Below, in pieces: positions 52,572 through 56,326 of a stretch of 56,326 nucleotides of DNA. The notes under the pieces are model-generated. The model ran no database searches. It saw only the letters and a list, made by a program, of their open reading frames with translations, and was not told the origin of the DNA. The stretch spans positions 1 through 56,326 of the IMG/VR virus record IMGVR_UViG_3300016665_000747. One strand, written 5' to 3'. Every line of letters begins with the position of its first letter. Within the stretch, counting starts at the first letter, position 1. Source of the DNA: a virus. A program made the translations under genes and the position numbers.

Positions 52572-52835
52572 ATGAAATTACCAATTATAAAAACGCTGGA
52601 AGACGGCGATAAAATTGTAAGTATGATGCCTGTTTATAAATACGATTCCGATTCTGATCGGGATTTTAAAGAACAAATCATAGAGGTCGCCTTAAAAAAT
52701 GCTGAGCATTATGCAGAATGTCTGGAAAATTATGTTGATACAAACCAAGCTGACAAGTCAGTAGTTATTCAGCTAAAAGCAATAATCAATTACTATTTGT
52801 CTGCTGCTAGAACAGCAGAAGAAAACTTTTGTTAA
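52572..52835 (+). CDS. Hypothetical protein
   Basis: 87-aa ORF with an RBS-like aaaggattaaaattATG. Confidence 0.45.
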   Translation: MKLPIIKTLEDGDKIVSMMPVYKYDSDSDRDFKEQIIEVALKNAEHYAECLENYVDTNQADKSVVIQLKAIINYYLSAARTAEENFC

Positions 52836-52969
52836 GAAGCAGGACAGGTGTTAAGAAGGCCCGAGGGTAGGGAACGTGCGAAAATGGCAATCTTAAAAGG
52901 AAAGGAATAAAAAGGGAAGTTTGGCATAGTATGTTAGATGCTGATAATAAAAAATGGGATGAGGATTAG

Positions 52970-53122
52970 ATGACCAAAGAACAAAAAGTTATTGTAAACG
53001 TTGAAATAGATGCAGAATTACTTGAGAAAATAGATCAAGAAGCGGCAAAAGATTTGCGAACAAGGAAAGCACAGGTGCTTTATATCATAAGAGAGCATTT
53101 TAACAAATCAGAGGAAAAATGA
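52970..53122 (+). CDS. Small ribbon-helix-helix-like protein (50 aa), not in the ORF track
   Basis: MTKEQKVIVNVEIDAELLEKIDQEAAKDLRTRKAQVLYIIREHF... shows the beta-strand plus two-helix pattern of CopG/antitoxin proteins. It has an ATGA overlap with the next ORF. Confidence 0.45.
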   Translation: MTKEQKVIVNVEIDAELLEKIDQEAAKDLRTRKAQVLYIIREHFNKSEEK

Positions 53123-53694
53123 AAAAATTTACAAAACAGCAGGTAGATTTTATTTGCGACCAAATAGGCGAATGGTATGTGCAGTGGAAGAATCAGTTAG
53201 TTGATTATGAGACTAGAACTCACAGGTTAGGATTTGCTAAGGAAGAGCTTAAAGCAAGAATTTGTGGTGAAGAGTATAAGGATTTAGAGGATGAGTACGA
53301 TATTAATCTTAAGACCAATCCTTGGGAAACTGAACCAGATTTTTTAGAGTTTGTTGATGAAAACACAGGATACAAATGTTTTATACAGCGACATCCAGAA
53401 TTGAAACACTTATGCGGATATGTAGAATTACCTAAAAAGCATAAATTGTATGGTAGTTTTTCAGAAGAAAATTTTTATAACATTGAAGTACATGGTGGAG
53501 TAACCTATACAGGTAAAAGAGAATTTGAACAACAAAATTATATAGCAGACTATGTGCTAGGTTTTGATTGTGGGCATGCTGGTGATTTAGTACCAGGTGT
53601 TAAATCTTTTCATGAAGAAGTGTATAGAAATATAGAATACGTAACTAACGAATGTAAAAACCTAGCTAAACAATTGAAAGAGTTGGAGAATTGA
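53119..53694 (+). CDS. Hypothetical protein coupled to the RHH ORF
   Basis: 191 aa. The C-terminal block GYVELPKKHKLYG...VHGGVTYTG...VLGFDCGHAGDLVP recalls an uncharacterised domain common in phage genomes. Confidence 0.5.
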   Translation: MKKFTKQQVDFICDQIGEWYVQWKNQLVDYETRTHRLGFAKEELKARICGEEYKDLEDEYDINLKTNPWETEPDFLEFVDENTGYKCFIQRHPELKHLCGYVELPKKHKLYGSFSEENFYNIEVHGGVTYTGKREFEQQNYIADYVLGFDCGHAGDLVPGVKSFHEEVYRNIEYVTNECKNLAKQLKELEN

Positions 53695-53717
53695 CGACAA
53701 TACGAACTTAAGAAAGT

Positions 53718-53754
53718 CGTACCGACCCAGAAAATTCACTAACAAGTCGGTACG
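53718..53754. terminator. Inverted repeat between convergent genes (possible bidirectional terminator)
   Basis: cgtaccgac-N19-gtcggtacg has perfect 9-bp arms. The loop is large and there is no strong T run. Confidence 0.35.
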
Positions 53755-53824
53755 CCTACAGAAAAAATAATGATTAATTATGAAAAAATCATGCTCGAGA
53801 GCGTATAAAAAATTACCCCCTCTG

Positions 53825-54109
53825 TCAACGTGATTTTTTGTTAACGGCATCTTTTAGTTTTTGCCCTACTTTAAACTTTGGTTGGTTGTAGGCAGCTATT
53901 TTTAACGCCTCACCAGTTCTTGGATTACGACCTGACCTTGCTTCAATTTTACTTACAGAGAAACTACCAAAGCCAACGAGGGATATTTCCTTGCCCTCTC
54001 CCAAAGCATCAATTACCGAAGAAGTAAATATATCAATAGCTTTCTCTGCTTCTATTTTTGTGCATTTGTGTTGGTCTGCGATATGAGTGATAAATTCTGA
54101 CTTGTTCAT
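53825..54109 (-). CDS. hup: HU-family DNA-binding protein
   Basis: MNKSEFITHIA...LVGFGSFSVSKIEARSGRNPRTGEALKIAAYNQPKFKVGQKLKDAV is the canonical HU/IHF fold signature. Confidence 0.9.
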   Translation of the reverse strand: MNKSEFITHIADQHKCTKIEAEKAIDIFTSSVIDALGEGKEISLVGFGSFSVSKIEARSGRNPRTGEALKIAAYNQPKFKVGQKLKDAVNKKSR

Positions 54110-54123
54110 ATATTACCTTTAAA

Positions 54124-55023
54124 TTATAATTTGTTTTTAAGTTTTGCAATTTCTTCCAAGCTAAAACCGGTTACTGAAGAAATTAGCTTATCATCCAGAT
54201 TCTGTTTTAGCATATTAAGAGCTGTTTTTTCAATACCCTTAACTTCACCCTCGGCTCTACCTTTGGCTTCACCCTCGGCTCTACCTCTAGCTTCAGCAGA
54301 TACTATATAATCACGACCTTTCATGGAATCCATGACGTAGCTATCGTAAACCTCTCTTTCCTGATTGGTCATTTTTAATATACTTAAACGCTGTGCTACT
54401 TTCTGCATATAAGGAGACTTAAAATCCTCTTTTACCTCAGAGTGTTTCATTAAATATAACCACTCGTCGATTTCCTCTTTTATTACATCATCAAATAAAG
54501 GAATTGAAACAATAAAATATTCAGGGAAGATATTGTGAGCATCAAACGTATGCATCCCCCTATCTATTAAGTGAACGTCTATCGGATGCTTATGGTCTAT
54601 TTCATGAAAAATTACCTTACCATGATGTAGGGGAGCTTTGGTATTTTTAAAAGGGAAGTATAGCAGATTGATATGGAACACTTTTTTGATTTGTAAGTAA
54701 TCCTGATTTGCCCCGAGATTATCAACGATTAGCCTTGAGGTATTAAATACTGCTTTGTTTAGAAAAAGATCGGTATAAGCACGATCAATTTCAACTATAT
54801 AGTTGTTACCTTGTTCATCTTCAACAATAACGTCTGCTATACTTCTTTTTAAATATCTGCTTTCCTTATTACTTTCGCTGTCAAGCAAGGATTTAATCTT
54901 AATGGGTTTATACCCTTCTGATGTAAGAAGAGCAGAGATAAACCCTTCGACTATTTCATAATCACCTTTATCTTTTAGAAGATACTTGATAGCGTAGTCA
55001 AAGCTGATTAGTGTTTTTTCCAT
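54124..55023 (-). CDS. Rpn/YhgA-like PD-(D/E)XK recombination-promoting nuclease (putative transposase family)
   Basis: N-terminal ISFDYAIKYLL, a nuclease core ADVIVEDEQGNNYIVEID, and a C-terminal tandem GRAEGEAKGRAEGEVKG repeat followed by an HTH-like tail, as seen in this family. Confidence 0.7.
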   Translation of the reverse strand: MEKTLISFDYAIKYLLKDKGDYEIVEGFISALLTSEGYKPIKIKSLLDSESNKESRYLKRSIADVIVEDEQGNNYIVEIDRAYTDLFLNKAVFNTSRLIVDNLGANQDYLQIKKVFHINLLYFPFKNTKAPLHHGKVIFHEIDHKHPIDVHLIDRGMHTFDAHNIFPEYFIVSIPLFDDVIKEEIDEWLYLMKHSEVKEDFKSPYMQKVAQRLSILKMTNQEREVYDSYVMDSMKGRDYIVSAEARGRAEGEAKGRAEGEVKGIEKTALNMLKQNLDDKLISSVTGFSLEEIAKLKNKL

Positions 55024-55035
55024 ATTAGTAATAAT

Positions 55036-56244
55036 TTAAATGGACAACTTAACCCCAACTAGAGCTACAGTACCTTTTACCTTTCTTGCTTTTAAATTAG
55101 GATAAAACTCAGGTTTACCTTTGAGAGTATAAGCATGTATTTCAGCATAAGGTTTAAGCCCCGGTGCAAGTATATGACTTACGGCTAGTTTTACCGAGTT
55201 CACCTTATTTTTAAACTGCTCTGAGGCAAAATACGACAATGAAGTTGTCGTAGCAGTATTATTAGTATAGCTAATACCTGCGTTGTAATAATGAGACTTA
55301 TTACCTGCTTTATGTAATTCCTTAGAAGTCAAGCTTTTACCAAAAGAGCCGTAACAGGCATTATACTTAAAATCACCTATTTTTAATTCTCCGCCGATAT
55401 TATAAGCTTTTAAATCACTTAATTTATACTCCCCCAGTGGATTCTTATCGTCTTTATTGGCAAATTTCTTAATTTTACCAACAGATTTGCCGTATTCACC
55501 GGTTAGCGCCAGTTTTAATTCTGCTTCTTCAGTTAGTTTTTGCTCAAATACCATTCCGCCGGTTAGCGCATCCTTAACAGATTTATCAATTTCAAATCTG
55601 TCTAGTGTTGTTTCTTCAATTGCATATTTTGTTATGCCGTCTGATTTTACGGATGGCTTGTCTATGCCTGTATTAGCAGAATCAGGGGTGTAGGATATAC
55701 CAAACTGCAATTTGCTAGAATCGGTTAAATCAAACTTAGGAGTATAATAATTTATTGTTCTTGGAGGCTCGCTGCTATAAGTTGCTGAATCTAAGCCGGC
55801 AGTTATAGAATCACCAAGGATAGTTTCCTCGGAAGTTAAAAATGATGGGCTAGCCTTTGTTCCTTGTTTTAAATACTCTATGCCTGTTTTTATATAGTTT
55901 GTAGGTATAGCTCCATCATTGATGGTCATGTTTCTTGCAACTGGGATTGGTGAGCCTGCTTCAATTTTCCCGAACTCATGTTCTAAGAATACATGAGAAC
56001 CGTTATAATCATTGTTTACTTTTCTTTTTGTTGTAGGAACTAAGACAATTTTAGCGCCGTAAGTAATATCATTTGCCGTATTTGATATGTTAGCAAAAAA
56101 AGCTGAGTTATTAAAAAAAGCCATGCCTTTTTTATTAGCCGATATATTCTTCTCTGTTCCCTTTAGTTTACTTTGATTGCTAAATCCGCTTTCAAAGACG
56201 GCAAAAGCACCAAGTTTTACATTTAAATCCGATACTACAGGCAA
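55036..56244 (-). CDS. Porin-like outer-membrane beta-barrel protein (start unresolved)
   Basis: Alternating hydrophobic beta-strand pattern throughout, with Y/G/S/T/N-rich loops. An in-frame signal-peptide-like stretch (KKVSLLLGVLLASSTALA) lies upstream of the track's TTG start but has no start codon of its own. Confidence 0.5.
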   Translation of the reverse strand: MPVVSDLNVKLGAFAVFESGFSNQSKLKGTEKNISANKKGMAFFNNSAFFANISNTANDITYGAKIVLVPTTKRKVNNDYNGSHVFLEHEFGKIEAGSPIPVARNMTINDGAIPTNYIKTGIEYLKQGTKASPSFLTSEETILGDSITAGLDSATYSSEPPRTINYYTPKFDLTDSSKLQFGISYTPDSANTGIDKPSVKSDGITKYAIEETTLDRFEIDKSVKDALTGGMVFEQKLTEEAELKLALTGEYGKSVGKIKKFANKDDKNPLGEYKLSDLKAYNIGGELKIGDFKYNACYGSFGKSLTSKELHKAGNKSHYYNAGISYTNNTATTTSLSYFASEQFKNKVNSVKLAVSHILAPGLKPYAEIHAYTLKGKPEFYPNLKARKVKGTVALVGVKLSI

Positions 56245-56305
56245 CGGATTACTAGCTAATGCCGTGCTACTTGCAAGTAAAACTCCAAGTAATAGTGATA
56301 CTTTT

Positions 56306-56326
56306 TTAAAATTATTAAAATTTTAT
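56306..56326. repeat. Terminal overlap copy 2
   Basis: Identical to nt 1-21. Confidence 0.9.

Larger units (their letters stand above)
1..56326. mobile_element. Apparently complete circular phage-plasmid-like element (podovirus-like virion genes, plasmid partition/resolution/TA functions and cargo)
   Basis: The first 21 nt equal the last 21 nt. Packaging, head, tail, recombination, replication, ParA and resolvase genes are all present. No integrase was recognised. Confidence 0.6.

Noticed and set aside
52334-52869. Shared motif GGTGTTAAGAA-N(1-5)-GAGGGT at 52334-52352 and 52847-52869, each shortly downstream of a cargo gene
   Set aside because: There are only two short copies, and significance cannot be judged without a genome-wide count. 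It is noted as a possible fragment of a dispersed host repeat but is not claimed.
53662-53850. Minus-strand ORF 53662-53850
   Set aside because: It spans the convergent intergenic region, overlaps both neighbouring gene ends, and has no RBS.
55457-55693. Plus-strand ORF 55457-55693
   Set aside because: It is antisense to the porin-like gene.
1-56326. Search by eye for CRISPR arrays, tRNA/rRNA genes, reverse transcriptase (DGR/retron) and CBASS-type cyclase next to the patatin gene
   Set aside because: I found no regularly spaced 25-40-nt repeats, no tRNA-like GTTCGAATC/T-loop contexts, no YxDD reverse-transcriptase motif and no nucleotidyltransferase ORF. A tRNAscan/Infernal run would be needed to exclude small RNAs formally.

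Overview
This is an AT-rich 56,326-nt window. Its first 21 nt are identical to its last 21 nt, so it most likely closes into a complete circular replicon of about 56,305 bp. The gene content looks like a temperate, short-tailed (podovirus-like) phage maintained as a plasmid. The plus-strand late block (136-19681) holds TerL, portal, a GroES-like protein, scaffold, an HK97-like capsid, an adaptor-like protein, several fibre proteins and a patatin-like phospholipase. It is followed by a YafQ/DinJ toxin-antitoxin pair, a RuvC-like resolvase and a cold-shock protein. Next come four large minus-strand proteins of unknown function (possible internal/ejection proteins) and a RecT/YqaJ recombination module. 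The rest includes a winged-helix regulator, two paralogous initiator-like proteins, DnaB helicase, a ParB-domain/MT-A70 methyltransferase, a small-terminase-like protein, ParA plus a small partner, and a TnpR-like serine resolvase. I found no integrase, endolysin, tRNA, rRNA or CRISPR array. Cargo genes look host- or symbiont-like: a VapD locus, a sodium:solute symporter, a P-loop GTPase-like membrane protein, a TPR protein, HU, an Rpn-type nuclease and a porin-like barrel. An intracellular alphaproteobacterial (Rickettsiales-like) host is only a guess. The most noteworthy observations are: (1) the phage-plasmid architecture itself; (2) a resolvase / orphan 272-aa / VapD / 49-aa membrane peptide operon with no VapX-type antitoxin; (3) a patatin lipase embedded among the fibre genes; (4) two cargo genes that each carry the same 76-nt upstream cassette; (5) fibre genes that stop in the middle of a conserved fibre motif, whose second half opens the next ORF; (6) a 650-bp non-coding region with iteron-like repeats and C6/C9 homopolymers beside the resolvase. 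All functional calls rest on motifs read by eye; no database search was run.
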